A DNA stretch of 64,000 nt from a virus (taxonomy: Duplodnaviria > Caudoviricetes), in IMG/VR virus record IMGVR_UViG_3300038525_000015, positions 16,980 through 80,979 of that record; one strand, 5' to 3'. Positions 1-9,093 of this stretch are shown one piece after another; within the stretch, counting starts at the first letter, position 1, and each line of letters begins with the position of its first letter. Made by a program: the position numbers and the translations under genes. The notes under the pieces were generated by a model that saw only the letters and a program-made list of their open reading frames with translations, searched no databases and was not told the origin of the DNA.

Positions 1-216
1 GCGTCCCTTCGAGGCATACAGCTTCCCTGCTGCCGCCTCTCGCGCCACCTCAGCGCCAGCCTGCACAACGGCGTCCGGCACCTGGTCGAACGCGGGCAGC
101 CGCTTGCCCATCAACCAGGTGTTGGCCATCAGCACCGCGCGGGCAGGGTCGCCCGTACCGGCCCATCCGGCGCCCAGCAGGTCGTCCACCTGCGCGATGG
201 TGATGTACTCGGTCAT
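1..216 (-). CDS. Head-completion/adaptor-like protein (DnaT-like family), truncated by window edge
   Basis: ATG at 216 overlaps upstream stop (TAATG); reads MTEYITIAQVDDLLGAGWAGTGDPARAVLMANTWL...; position after capsid. Confidence 0.65.
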   Translation of the reverse strand, partial: MTEYITIAQVDDLLGAGWAGTGDPARAVLMANTWLMGKRLPAFDQVPDAVVQAGAEVAREAAAGKLYASKGR

Positions 217-545
217 TACTCGGCGCCTTCCAGCAGTTGCTGCAGGGTTTCCAGGGTGGCGTCAGCCGGGACCTCGACGCCCTTCTCGGTCAGCTGAGCC
301 TTGAGGGCTTCGATCTGCTCGGCCTTTTCCAGCAGGGCCTGCAGCTCGGGCTTCTTCGCCTTGGGATCGAACTCGATGCCCTTGGCGGTCAACGCATTGC
401 GGATCTCGGCGATGCTCACCTTGCCGTCGCCGTTGGTGTCGGCAGCGTCGAGCCGCACATGCAGTTCGGGGTCGAAGTCCTCGGCGTTGATCAGAACAAA
501 GTCACCTTGGCCCTCGCCCCACGGCTTAACCTTGATGGTATTCAT
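216..545 (-). CDS. HeH/LEM-like head accessory protein with EF-hand-like loop
   Basis: 109 aa; two 'L..KG(I/V)E......K/L..L..LL' repeats; DTNGDGKVSIAE loop. Confidence 0.75.
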   Translation of the reverse strand: MNTIKVKPWGEGQGDFVLINAEDFDPELHVRLDAADTNGDGKVSIAEIRNALTAKGIEFDPKAKKPELQALLEKAEQIEALKAQLTEKGVEVPADATLETLQQLLEGAE

Positions 546-591
546 GGAATTCTCCGGGTGATGCCGGGGCCGAAGCCCCGGCGGTTGCGGG

Positions 592-1746
592 TTAGCCCAG
601 CAGCAGGGCGATGTGTTCCGGCTTCACGGCAGCGCAGCCCCAGGCCACGGCGATTTCGTACTGGATCTGGCGGTACTGCTTGTACAGCGAGACCTCGAAC
701 GACAGCCCGGACACCGGGTCGGTGATGATCATGCGGTCGGATGCGCTGTCGCCGCCGTCCGGCAGTGCCGGGGCGCGAGTGGCCAGGGCGATGGCCGAGC
801 GGCTGAACGCCATGTTGCGGCTGGTCGCGGCAATCACGGTGATGGCCACGGCCGAGGCCGGCAGGGCTTGGCGCAGGCCGGGCGCAGCGATGGTGATGGT
901 GCCGCCACCGGATACGTCAGCATCGCCGGAGACCACAACGTACTTGTTCGGGTCGTTGGCGAAGGTGATCACATCGCCGGCCAGGATCGTGCCGGTGCCG
1001 GCCGAGGCCAGCGCGATGGTGGTCGCGCCGACCGCATAGCCGGCGGTGCCGGTGGTGGCGAGCGCGCCAGTGCCGGCGGCGTGGGTCTTGATCTGCGCGG
1101 ACTCGCGGATAGCGAAGCCGTGCAGGTCGGTCAGCACGCCGCGACGCAGCAGGTCGTCGCCGCCAGCCTCGTTGACGCGGGTCAGGTTGGCCAGGGTGCG
1201 CAGATTGGCGCCGGCAGTGGTATCGATCACCAGTTGCAGATCGCCCATCGGGGCGCCGTTGTCAGCGAGGATCTTGCGCGCCTGAGCGGAGTCGCCCAGG
1301 GTCGAGGCGAACGGCACGGTGCCAGCGGCGCCGGCGGCACGGGACGCCTTGAGGTGCAGGGCGGCCAGGTCGCCTTCGATCTCGTTGACCAGCGCGCGCA
1401 TGGCCTGGGCGAACTGGTCGCGCAGGATGACGTTGTAGCTGGCACCGTTGTTGTCGAGGCTGCGCTTCTCTTCACCGTTCCAGCGCACCGGAACACGGCG
1501 AGCCTTGGTGATGGTCATGTCGACCTTGCCGATCACCTGGTTGCCGTCGTCCGGCGCGGTGACGGCCGGGGTGATATCGGTCGCAGCGGCGGCCGGAGCC
1601 ACCGGAGAGGTGACGGTCTGGCCGACAGCGGCACGGTCGTAGGTCATGTCGCTGGAAACGGCCGGGATGAAGCCGACCAGTTCACGGGACACGACATCCA
1701 TGGCGTTGTACAGGGTGGTGGTCAAGCCGGTGAGGGTGTTGCTCAT
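592..1746 (-). CDS. Major capsid protein (P22 coat-like)
   Basis: 384 aa, AGGAG RBS, follows scaffold; MSNTLTGL..LYNAMDVVSRELVGFIPAV start and terminal 'WGCAAVKPEHIALLLG'. Confidence 0.9.
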   Translation of the reverse strand: MSNTLTGLTTTLYNAMDVVSRELVGFIPAVSSDMTYDRAAVGQTVTSPVAPAAAATDITPAVTAPDDGNQVIGKVDMTITKARRVPVRWNGEEKRSLDNNGASYNVILRDQFAQAMRALVNEIEGDLAALHLKASRAAGAAGTVPFASTLGDSAQARKILADNGAPMGDLQLVIDTTAGANLRTLANLTRVNEAGGDDLLRRGVLTDLHGFAIRESAQIKTHAAGTGALATTGTAGYAVGATTIALASAGTGTILAGDVITFANDPNKYVVVSGDADVSGGGTITIAAPGLRQALPASAVAITVIAATSRNMAFSRSAIALATRAPALPDGGDSASDRMIITDPVSGLSFEVSLYKQYRQIQYEIAVAWGCAAVKPEHIALLLG

Positions 1747-1760
1747 GGATTTCTCCTGAA

Positions 1761-2513
1761 TCAGTCAGTGACCGCGCCGCCGGAACGGATGTATTCCGCC
1801 TTGCCAACGGGGTCGAGCTGGTCGAAAGCGGCGCGATTGATGGTTTTCTTGCCCTTGGCGCCGCCGTTCGGTTGCGAGCCGCCGCCGTTCGCGGTTGCCG
1901 GCCACCAGTGGGGCGCCTTGTCTTTCATTTCCGCCATCCACTCCTTGAGGGTCAGCGGCTTGCCGTCCTTGCCGAACAGCCCTTCGGAGGCGACGGGATT
2001 GCCGTCCTCGTCGAGCTGGAACAGGGACTGAGCCCGGAACAGCGCGTCCTCGACGGCGTGCTGGTGGATGCCGGCGGCGGACGCCTCGGCGCGGATGCTG
2101 TTTTCCAGGACGCGGCGAGTGAACTTCTCGGCGCGCTGCTCGGCAGCCTCGCGAGCCTGGCGCTCCTTGGCGGTTTCCTGCTCGAAGCCCTGTTTCATGC
2201 GCTCGGTGCGCTTGTTGAGCACCTCGTCGATCTTCCCGGAGGCGATCAACTTGGCCTCTTCGTCGTCACTGAAGCGTTGCAGGATGGTGCGCACGGCGTT
2301 CGGGTCGATACCCTCGAACTCCTTGAGCTGGTCGCCTGCGGTCTTGACCTTGCCCAGCAACTCGGCGTTCTTGGCCTTGAGGCCCGTCACTGCCTGGTTT
2401 ACCTGGGCGTCGATCAGCGCCTGAATCTCCGGGGTGATCTGCGGCCCTTGGCCACCGCCGCCCTCTGCGCCTTCGCCGGCTTCCTGCATGAACAGTTGCT
2501 TGAGTTTGAACAT
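1761..2513 (-). CDS. Capsid scaffolding protein
   Basis: 250 aa coiled-coil, 'GLKAKNAELL', C-terminal 'APHWWPATANGGG', directly upstream of capsid. Confidence 0.85.
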   Translation of the reverse strand: MFKLKQLFMQEAGEGAEGGGGQGPQITPEIQALIDAQVNQAVTGLKAKNAELLGKVKTAGDQLKEFEGIDPNAVRTILQRFSDDEEAKLIASGKIDEVLNKRTERMKQGFEQETAKERQAREAAEQRAEKFTRRVLENSIRAEASAAGIHQHAVEDALFRAQSLFQLDEDGNPVASEGLFGKDGKPLTLKEWMAEMKDKAPHWWPATANGGGSQPNGGAKGKKTINRAAFDQLDPVGKAEYIRSGGAVTD

Positions 2514-2583
2514 TGGTTGATCCCCTTGGGACGATGGCGGCCTGGCCGCGTTGGTTGGGCGCCGGCTTTACCGGAGCCAGAAA

Positions 2584-2612
2584 CGAAAAAGCCCCGGCAG
2601 GTGCCGAGGCTC
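2584..2612 (-). terminator. Intrinsic terminator-like hairpin
   Basis: GCCTCGGCACCTGCCGGGGC followed by TTTTTCGTTT on minus strand. Confidence 0.65.
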
Positions 2613-2664
2613 TTGTGGGGTTGCGCCACGTTTTGCGCTGATCGCGTTTCGTGGCGCGAAAATG

Positions 2665-2687
2665 AAAAACCCGGCACGGGGCCAGGT
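2665..2687 (-). terminator. Second terminator-like hairpin
   Basis: ACCTGGCCCCGTGCCGGGT followed by TTTTCATT on minus strand. Confidence 0.5.
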
Positions 2688-2708
2688 CTGGATGTCAGGC
2701 GTTAGGGG

Positions 2709-2840
2709 TCACTCTTCCTCGTCGAACAACGGGTCGACCTCGTCTTCCCCATCGTCGAGCCAGTCATCACCCTCAGGCAACGTGCCGTCATCCAGCAGGT
2801 GTTCGTGTTCGGGCTCGAAATCTTCGTCGCGCTCAGTCAT
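2709..2840 (-). CDS. 43-aa highly acidic peptide (not in ORF track)
   Basis: AAGGA RBS; MTERDEDFEPEHEHLLDDGTLPEGDDWLDDGEDEVDPLFDEEE; 22 of 43 residues D/E. Confidence 0.65.
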   Translation of the reverse strand: MTERDEDFEPEHEHLLDDGTLPEGDDWLDDGEDEVDPLFDEEE

Positions 2841-2901
2841 CGGCGTGTCCTTGGAGAGTCGTGAGCGCAAGGTTACCCGCGACCTGCGGATGCCGGCCAG
2901 C

Positions 2902-3156
2902 TCAGCACAGCACCACCCTCTCGCCCTTCATAAAGCACGACGCGCACAGGATCTGCTTCGTCCCACCGCTCGCCTTCCCGTTCTTGTAGAACATGCCGAT
3001 CTTGGTCTCGATGACCTCGCGCGAGCCGCACCGGTAGCACTGAATCATGTGCGCCGGCTTGGGCATCGCTCGGACGCGCTTGCGGGCCTGCTCCAGAGGG
3101 GTATCCGGGGCATGTGTTCCTTGGATGACGTGCAGCTGGGGTTTCTGGTCGCTCAT
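2902..3156 (-). CDS. Small zinc-ribbon protein, 84 aa
   Basis: ATGA overlap with MuF gene stop; CYRC...CASC. Confidence 0.75.
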   Translation of the reverse strand: MSDQKPQLHVIQGTHAPDTPLEQARKRVRAMPKPAHMIQCYRCGSREVIETKIGMFYKNGKASGGTKQILCASCFMKGERVVLC

Positions 3157-4277
3157 GCTGCCAGCATACCAGCTCTCTCGAAAGCGGCAGCGTCTCGCTC
3201 GCGGAGTTCGTCGAGCGTGAGATACCGGCCCTTGTCGTTGTAGAAGCGGTCGAGCTGCAAACCGCCCTCGCGGAACAGCTTGCCACGCTCCGGGCCGAGC
3301 ACCTGATCCTGACGCTTGGCGCTCTGCTTCTTCAGCCACTGCGCATAGGTCGTGTCGGCCGGCACTTGGCCGTCCATGCTCGCCCTGGTGCCGGGATCGA
3401 TCTCGTCAGGCGAAAGGCCCAACTCCTGCCAGGCCTTGATGACCGGCGTGCTGGTGGATCGGCATTGCCAGTGGATACGGCCAGGCCCGGCACCCCAGGG
3501 CACCTGGTGGCCGACCGGCCGGTGATCGCCGGCGGTGTACTTCAGGCCGTCACGCAGTCGGCACGGCTCGCTGGTCCTGGAATCGAGCGTGCTGTGCCAG
3601 ACCTCGCCGGCCATCAGATCCTCGTTGGCCAGGTAGAACGCATCCCGCGCAACGCCTGCCGTGTGGCTGATCGCCGTGCGCACCATCGCCTCAATTTCGA
3701 GCCTGCCGCGCTGCAGTTGACCATCGGCGAAGCTCTCAGCCCGAATGCCCATGACGCGGCGCACGATCTGGTCGGTGGTCATTCCCTCGACAACGCCCAT
3801 GCGGACAGCATCGCGGATGCGTGCGGCGCGCCCGGACTCCAGGTCTGACAGCCATTCCTTGAGCAGGCGCCCCTGGAATGGCCGGGACATTGCCGCCGCG
3901 CGGACCTGGCCGAGATTGGCGTTCGCCAGCGGCACAGCCACCAGCACAGGGCCGGGTAGCGTCGCCGTGAACAGCGCCTGCTGGTAGGCCAGCTCGTAGG
4001 CCGCCAACTCGCCCAGCGTCTCGGTGAACTGCTCGCCGATCTCGGCATAGATCGCCTTGTTCAGCTCGCGCACTGACTGCAGCACGGTGTTCATGTGCGT
4101 GACGGTGAAGCGATCAGTGCCCATGCGCTCGACAGCTTCGAAGAGCCGCTGCCGCAAGTCCGCATCGGCGCGGTTCAGCAGGGCGATGATCTTGCGGACC
4201 TCGCCATTGCTGTAATGCTGCAGGTCGATGGCGTGGGCGACAGCTGCGTCAGCCAGGCGCTCGTTTACGGTGGGCAT
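3153..4277 (-). CDS. Head morphogenesis protein (SPP1 gp7/MuF family)
   Basis: 374 aa; 'VRTAISH', 'WHSTLDSRTSEPCRLRDG', 'PGRIHWQCRS'. Confidence 0.92.
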   Translation of the reverse strand: MPTVNERLADAAVAHAIDLQHYSNGEVRKIIALLNRADADLRQRLFEAVERMGTDRFTVTHMNTVLQSVRELNKAIYAEIGEQFTETLGELAAYELAYQQALFTATLPGPVLVAVPLANANLGQVRAAAMSRPFQGRLLKEWLSDLESGRAARIRDAVRMGVVEGMTTDQIVRRVMGIRAESFADGQLQRGRLEIEAMVRTAISHTAGVARDAFYLANEDLMAGEVWHSTLDSRTSEPCRLRDGLKYTAGDHRPVGHQVPWGAGPGRIHWQCRSTSTPVIKAWQELGLSPDEIDPGTRASMDGQVPADTTYAQWLKKQSAKRQDQVLGPERGKLFREGGLQLDRFYNDKGRYLTLDELRERDAAAFERAGMLAA

Positions 4278-4279
4278 AA

Positions 4280-5056
4280 CTACTCCTGTGCGTAGACAGC
4301 TTCACCGCTCTTTATGCGGAGCACCACCCAGTGAACGCTCCTTCCCAGCGCGGCGGCCGCCTCGGTCTGGCTCGCGTAACGCTTACCATTGAAAATGACT
4401 GGCTTGACCAGCCCCGCCATTGTTCGCCTTTCGCGGCTTTCCTCAGTCCAGCCCTTGCCTTTCTTTGCTGCGGATATTCGCGCCTTCCGCTCATCAGACA
4501 TCGGGCCGTACTTCCGGCCGGTAAGCTTTGCTGATCGCTTCGCGATCGCCTCAGGCGTTAGCTTCCTTCCGGTATTGGCCGCAATAAGCCTAGCGATAAC
4601 TTCCGGCCCAACTGGGCGACCCTTTTTCGCCTCAGAGATTCGTCTGCGACTTTCCTCGGTGTGCCGAAATCCCTGCATCTGAGCGGAAATTTGCGCTCTT
4701 TGCTTGTCGCTCATCGGGGGGCGAACAGATCCCTTTGATGACCCGGCCATTGGCAGCATGTTATAACCGCGCATTCCGAATGCGCCGAGCGCATCAATAT
4801 GATGTTGCTCCCTCGCTATAAGAGCCGACTCATCAGATACGCGCTCAATCACAACAAACTCAAAGGCGTCAGCGCCGTTTTTTGACCATGCGCGCTGAAG
4901 CTTTATGCTGTGGTGCTTTCCACGCTCAAGCAGCCTCTTGTGCGCCATCAGGCGCCGTCTCATGTTGTCCGAGCTGCCAACGTACATCGACCCGCATTGT
5001 TTGCTCCGTATGGCGTAAATGCCAGCCTCAGATAGAATATTGCCAGCCATTACCAT
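4280..5056 (-). CDS. Free-standing GIY-YIG homing endonuclease with NUMOD3 repeats
   Basis: 'GIYAIRSKQCGSMYVGSS..RR..H', repeated 'H/LT.E....S..K.G' NUMOD3-like units; lower GC; AAGGAG RBS before ATG 5056. Confidence 0.9.
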   Translation of the reverse strand: MVMAGNILSEAGIYAIRSKQCGSMYVGSSDNMRRRLMAHKRLLERGKHHSIKLQRAWSKNGADAFEFVVIERVSDESALIAREQHHIDALGAFGMRGYNMLPMAGSSKGSVRPPMSDKQRAQISAQMQGFRHTEESRRRISEAKKGRPVGPEVIARLIAANTGRKLTPEAIAKRSAKLTGRKYGPMSDERKARISAAKKGKGWTEESRERRTMAGLVKPVIFNGKRYASQTEAAAALGRSVHWVVLRIKSGEAVYAQE

Positions 5057-5082
5057 GACTCCTTGCAGTCTGGTTGTGGTTA

Positions 5083-5130
5083 GGGTCTGCCGGCGCTGAT
5101 AACACCGGCAGACCCGAACATTATAGCGAG
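5083..5130 (-). promoter_or_regulatory. Putative HEG promoter (-10 TATAAT) followed by leader hairpin
   Basis: TATAAT at the portal stop; perfect 11-bp stem GGGTCTGCCGG/CCGGCAGACCC with loop TGTTATCAGCG; no good -35 seen. Confidence 0.5.
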
Positions 5131-6497
5131 CCAAGCTGCGGCCCTTGCCGCTCAATCTCTTCTGCTTCTTCGTCCCAGTTGAATTCGTCTGATACCACTC
5201 CGCGCCGCTGCATTTCGCTAAATAGCGTTCTCTTTGACAGGTATCCCGAATCACACATGCCCTTCAGAATTGGCAGTGATTGCTCGGGCATATAATCCAT
5301 ATCGAAGTTGCCGCGCACCTCAACCGATCCGCCATCTGCGATGCCTCGGTAATCGGCCATGAACTGCAGCAGTTGCGCCAGCGCATCGGCGAACTGACCA
5401 GCCATGCGAGCCAGCGGGGACAGCTCTTGTGCTGCCTCTTCCTCGGCCTGGGTCGCGGTCTTGGCCTGCTGCTTGTCCTTCTGGAGCAGCATCGCGCGGG
5501 CCATGCGCATCTCGGCGAGCAGGTCTTGCAGCGCCTGCCGGCCAGCCTCGACCGCCGCGCCGGTGTGCTCGACGAACTTCATGTCGCCGCCCTGGGGCAG
5601 GTCCGTCAGCGTTCCGGCGCCGACCTTGAACTCATTGGGCAGCGGCTGGCCATTCGGGTCATAGCGCTGCTCCATCCCGATGCGCACCAAGATCGGCACG
5701 CGGATGGTGTGCAGGATGTTGTCCTGGTCGCTCTGGCTCTGCCAGTGCTTGACGTTGAGGTGGGCCAGCTCGATCAGCGGAGGCCGGGCCGTCATGAAGC
5801 CAGTGCGACCGGTGTAGAACGTCACCAGAGGGATGCGGGACAGGCTGGTGGCGCCTTCCTCGTGCATGTGCCACTTGCCGTCCTGGTCCTGGCGGTAGAC
5901 CTTCCAGCTTCCCGGCTCCAGTACGCGGACCTGATCCACGGTCGCAACGCCGAACTCGCCATCGGCCTCCTCGACCGCTTCCAGATAGCGGAACTGCGTC
6001 AGCTGGCCGCCCTCGCTACGCCAGCCCAGCACCTGCTCGGGCTTGATCAGCACGGCATAAGGGCGCAGGCCAGCGGCAATCTCGTCGGCACGGGTGCGAA
6101 CGCCCTCGGCTCGCGGGTACTCGACCAGGGCGTGGCAGATGCCGTGCGAGAGCCCAGTCCTGAACCAGTCCACCGCCCAGGCGTTCAGGTCATTGCCGGC
6201 GCGGTCCACGTCGAGGCACCACTGCGCAATTTCTTCCGGTACATCGTCACCGATCTGCAGCGGCTCGGCGAACACGCGGTCGGCCATGTTGCTGACCGTC
6301 TCGCTGTAGGCCGGCAGCAGCGTGGACTGAGCCAGGCGCTGCTTGTAAACGTCGGCCTCTTCGCCCGGGTACTGCGGCAGCAGGGCCTTGCCAGCGGCGC
6401 GCATGGCCTTTGTGCCGCCCATCAGCGGCGCAACCACCGCCCAGTCGGCGCGCATTGCGTCCACGGCCGGGAGAGTGATGCTCGGGTTGTCGCTCAT
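5121..6497 (-). CDS. Portal protein (DUF4055-like)
   Basis: 458 aa between TerL and MuF; 'LMGGTKAMRAAG..LLPQYPGE...Y..RL', 'PPLIELAHLNVKHWQSQSD'. Confidence 0.9.
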   Translation of the reverse strand: MSDNPSITLPAVDAMRADWAVVAPLMGGTKAMRAAGKALLPQYPGEEADVYKQRLAQSTLLPAYSETVSNMADRVFAEPLQIGDDVPEEIAQWCLDVDRAGNDLNAWAVDWFRTGLSHGICHALVEYPRAEGVRTRADEIAAGLRPYAVLIKPEQVLGWRSEGGQLTQFRYLEAVEEADGEFGVATVDQVRVLEPGSWKVYRQDQDGKWHMHEEGATSLSRIPLVTFYTGRTGFMTARPPLIELAHLNVKHWQSQSDQDNILHTIRVPILVRIGMEQRYDPNGQPLPNEFKVGAGTLTDLPQGGDMKFVEHTGAAVEAGRQALQDLLAEMRMARAMLLQKDKQQAKTATQAEEEAAQELSPLARMAGQFADALAQLLQFMADYRGIADGGSVEVRGNFDMDYMPEQSLPILKGMCDSGYLSKRTLFSEMQRRGVVSDEFNWDEEAEEIERQGPQLGSL

Positions 6498-6501
6498 GGG
6501 G

Positions 6502-7776
6502 TTACATCCGTAGGGGTTGGGTCGTGGTGACGGGCCGGCTGATCGGATACAGGAACGCCAGTGGGTAGCCGGCCGCGTCGTTCAGGTGGTCGTGGCCACT
6601 TTTCTTGTCCGGCATTCCGTTCTTGTCGTATGCCTGCTGCTCGAGCCCGTCAGTGAGGTGCGGGCAGCGAAGGGTGTTCACCTTTAGGCGCCGTACCCCA
6701 TCCCCGTTCATGATCAGGGCATTGACCGCGTTGACCCGATCCGCAATGGCCGGGTTGGTGCTGTTCACGCGGATCGCGAAGCCGGCCTGCTTGAGAATGC
6801 TCAGGTCCGACTCGCTCGCGTTCTTGCTGCTGGAGTTCTGGCCGCTGGCGTCCGGGAAAATCTGGATCGGGTGACCCTTGCCGGCGTACCGCTCGCGGAT
6901 CAGCTTCGCCATGTAGGGCGTGTCGCGACCGTCGGTGATTTCGGCTACCGCCACAGGCCAGCCTTCACGCATCACGTACACCACCGCACTCATCTTGAGG
7001 CGGTTGAAGTCCATGCCAATCAGCAGTGGTTCGCGCTCGCGCTCAACCTCATCGCTATGGTTCAGCTTCCGGCAGAAGTCGGGGTAAACGCTGCCGCTGT
7101 TGAGGTTGGTGAAGCGGCCCTCGATGTAGGCGCTGATAAGCCCGGCCGGGTAGCTGTCCCGCAAGCTCTGGACATAGTCATCCGGCAGGAACGGGTTGGT
7201 GTACGTCGCCGCCTGAACCATCACATAGCCAGGCTTGGGGTTGCGGCCCCAGGTGTCGTAGACGAATCGATAGCCTTCCGGCGTGGTGTACGCGGACACC
7301 CGGTTGAACGGCTCAGCAACGCCGGCTGGCTTCTGCCGGTTACGGGCAATGATCTTTCGCCAGACTGCTGCGGCCTGGTCCTTCTTGAGCGTGTCGATCT
7401 CGTCGATGTGCGCCCGGTAGGACTCGTAACCGACGATGCGCTCGGGGTTCTCCAGGGTGCGCAGGATGAAGTCCCCGCACTGGCTGGAGCTGGTGTAGAT
7501 CGCCTTGTCCTGCTGGTGGAATTTGCAGCGGATGCCCAGATCGGTGAGCTTCTCCAGCATCCGCGGCACAAGGATCGTCTTGACCAGGTCGTAGGTCGGC
7601 TCGTAGAGCGCGATCAGCGCCGAGGACGACTCCAGGGCATCGCGGACCGCACAGTTGGCCAGCGTCTCGGTCTTGCCGGTGCCGAAGCCGCCCACAAACG
7701 CCGGGTATTTGTCGCGCAGCTGGAAGAACCTAGCCTGGGGCTCCGTCATTTGGAGCCGAAGCACTCGCCCTTCCAC
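6502..7776 (-). CDS. terL: Terminase large subunit
   Basis: Walker A GGFGTGKT, 'IDEID' Walker B, nuclease 'IGMDFN' and 'HDHLNDAAGY'. Confidence 0.95.
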   Translation of the reverse strand: MEGRVLRLQMTEPQARFFQLRDKYPAFVGGFGTGKTETLANCAVRDALESSSALIALYEPTYDLVKTILVPRMLEKLTDLGIRCKFHQQDKAIYTSSSQCGDFILRTLENPERIVGYESYRAHIDEIDTLKKDQAAAVWRKIIARNRQKPAGVAEPFNRVSAYTTPEGYRFVYDTWGRNPKPGYVMVQAATYTNPFLPDDYVQSLRDSYPAGLISAYIEGRFTNLNSGSVYPDFCRKLNHSDEVEREREPLLIGMDFNRLKMSAVVYVMREGWPVAVAEITDGRDTPYMAKLIRERYAGKGHPIQIFPDASGQNSSSKNASESDLSILKQAGFAIRVNSTNPAIADRVNAVNALIMNGDGVRRLKVNTLRCPHLTDGLEQQAYDKNGMPDKKSGHDHLNDAAGYPLAFLYPISRPVTTTQPLRM

Positions 7777-8269
7777 CTACCACCTCGATCTCGATCTTGG
7801 CCACAGGCTGTTCCTGTGGCGGATTGTTCTTCAGCAGCTCGGCGCGGGTGCGCTCCAGGCTTTCGATGCGCGCGGTCAGGCGGTCAATGACGCTGTTGTA
7901 GTCCCGGACCTTACTGTTGCGCGTGATCTTCTCGACGCCTTCGAGGGGCTTGCCTTCTACCTCAACTGGCTCGACCTTCTCGCTTTCCAGCTCCAGCGTG
8001 TTGCCGAACTCGTTTTCACGAGCCAGGGCACGCATCAGGCGGATGCGGGTCAGGCGCAGCTCCTCATCGACGGCGCCGAGCTCCAGCGTGTGCCAGATCT
8101 CGCGCTCTTCATCGGTGAGGTGGGCCGAGTAGATCCCGTGGGTTCGGGCGTTCTGGTTGCCCTGGTGCGTCTTGGTGGCGTTGCCGCCGTGCATGCGGCA
8201 GCGACCATTGGGCATTGCCTTCGCCTGGCAAGGATGGCCGCTGCGGGTTCTGGCTCCGCAGGTGGCCAT
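7730..8269 (-). CDS. terS: Terminase small subunit
   Basis: N-terminal 'CGARTRSG.PC...AMPNGRCRMHGG', 'GNQNARTHG'; upstream of TerL. Confidence 0.8.
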   Translation of the reverse strand: MATCGARTRSGHPCQAKAMPNGRCRMHGGNATKTHQGNQNARTHGIYSAHLTDEEREIWHTLELGAVDEELRLTRIRLMRALARENEFGNTLELESEKVEPVEVEGKPLEGVEKITRNSKVRDYNSVIDRLTARIESLERTRAELLKNNPPQEQPVAKIEIEVVGGRASASAPNDGAPG

Positions 8270-8377
8270 GGGTTACCTCGCAGGGGATTGCATGGGGTGT
8301 TTCGCTTTCGTAGGGGTTGTCTTGTGCGCGATGGGGCGTGAGGCTCCCGAGGGGAACTACAACCAGGAGCCAACAAG

Positions 8378-8692
8378 ATGCAGCAGGAATTCCGCGACGC
8401 CACCGTCACGATTGAGACCAGCCGGCCTGAAGATGCTGTGCTTGGAGGGTTATCTGGCCACTTCACTCAGGCCGAGCCGAATGTGCAGCCCGGAAGCTAC
8501 ACAGTCACTAATAACCGGGCCGGCGTGCTTTGCATTGAAAGCGAAACCATCCCGGGCTACCTCAGCGCCTACGCAGTCACCGTGAAGGATGAAGGGACGG
8601 GCGAGACGATCCGCTACGAGGTGCTATTCCACAACGGCAGGCCGTACGTCAAGAACGGATGCACTTACTTCCAGGCGCGAGTCAGGCCCTAA
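8378..8692 (+). CDS. Moron-like hypothetical protein, opposite strand
   Basis: 104 aa, AGGAG RBS, convergent with neighbours. Confidence 0.7.
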   Translation: MQQEFRDATVTIETSRPEDAVLGGLSGHFTQAEPNVQPGSYTVTNNRAGVLCIESETIPGYLSAYAVTVKDEGTGETIRYEVLFHNGRPYVKNGCTYFQARVRP

Positions 8693-8907
8693 CACCTCGC
8701 CGGCGAGTGGCTGCCCCGAATCGCCATCATCCGCGCCGTCTCCTCGTGAAAATGCCCAGCCATGATGGCCACGATCAGCCCTTGGGGCACGCCAGCCTCC
8801 CGGGCCTGGTCGAGGGCTGCGACCACCTGGGCGCCCAAGGCATCCAGCGCACCAGCAACCTCGGCGCTGACGGGCTTCTCGGAGTAGATGCGGCTGATAT
8901 TGCTCAT
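8689..8907 (-). CDS. Hypothetical phage protein, 72 aa
   Basis: ORF in late-operon direction with helical composition. Confidence 0.6.
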   Translation of the reverse strand: MSNISRIYSEKPVSAEVAGALDALGAQVVAALDQAREAGVPQGLIVAIMAGHFHEETARMMAIRGSHSPARC

Positions 8908-8925
8908 CAGTAATCTTCCCAGCCG

Positions 8926-9093
8926 TCACGCATCACAGCCCTTCCACATGATGCCGAACAGGCAGTGCCAGTTTCCGCAGCGGGTGCATGGCTGCCATCC
9001 CAGGATGCTCAGGATCCGGGCGCGCCCGCAGGTGACGAACACGATTGCTCCCATCAGCCAGATGCGCACCCTTACCTTGGAGGCAGATGCCAT
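8926..9093 (-). CDS. Small Cys-containing protein, 55 aa
   Basis: TGATG coupling; 'CTRCGNWHC'. Confidence 0.45.
   Translation of the reverse strand: MASASKVRVRIWLMGAIVFVTCGRARILSILGWQPCTRCGNWHCLFGIMWKGCDA

Noticed and set aside
613-2705. Long plus-strand ORFs (472 aa, 277 aa) opposite capsid and scaffold
   Set aside because: Shadow ORFs of high-GC coding sequence; no RBS or protein-like motifs. The same applies to 41105-43294, 58361-60838 and 61121-62941.
4280-5254. 324-aa start for the GIY-YIG gene and possible group I intron
   Set aside because: The upstream extension overlaps the portal and lacks an RBS; portal and MuF are both intact, so no intron is needed
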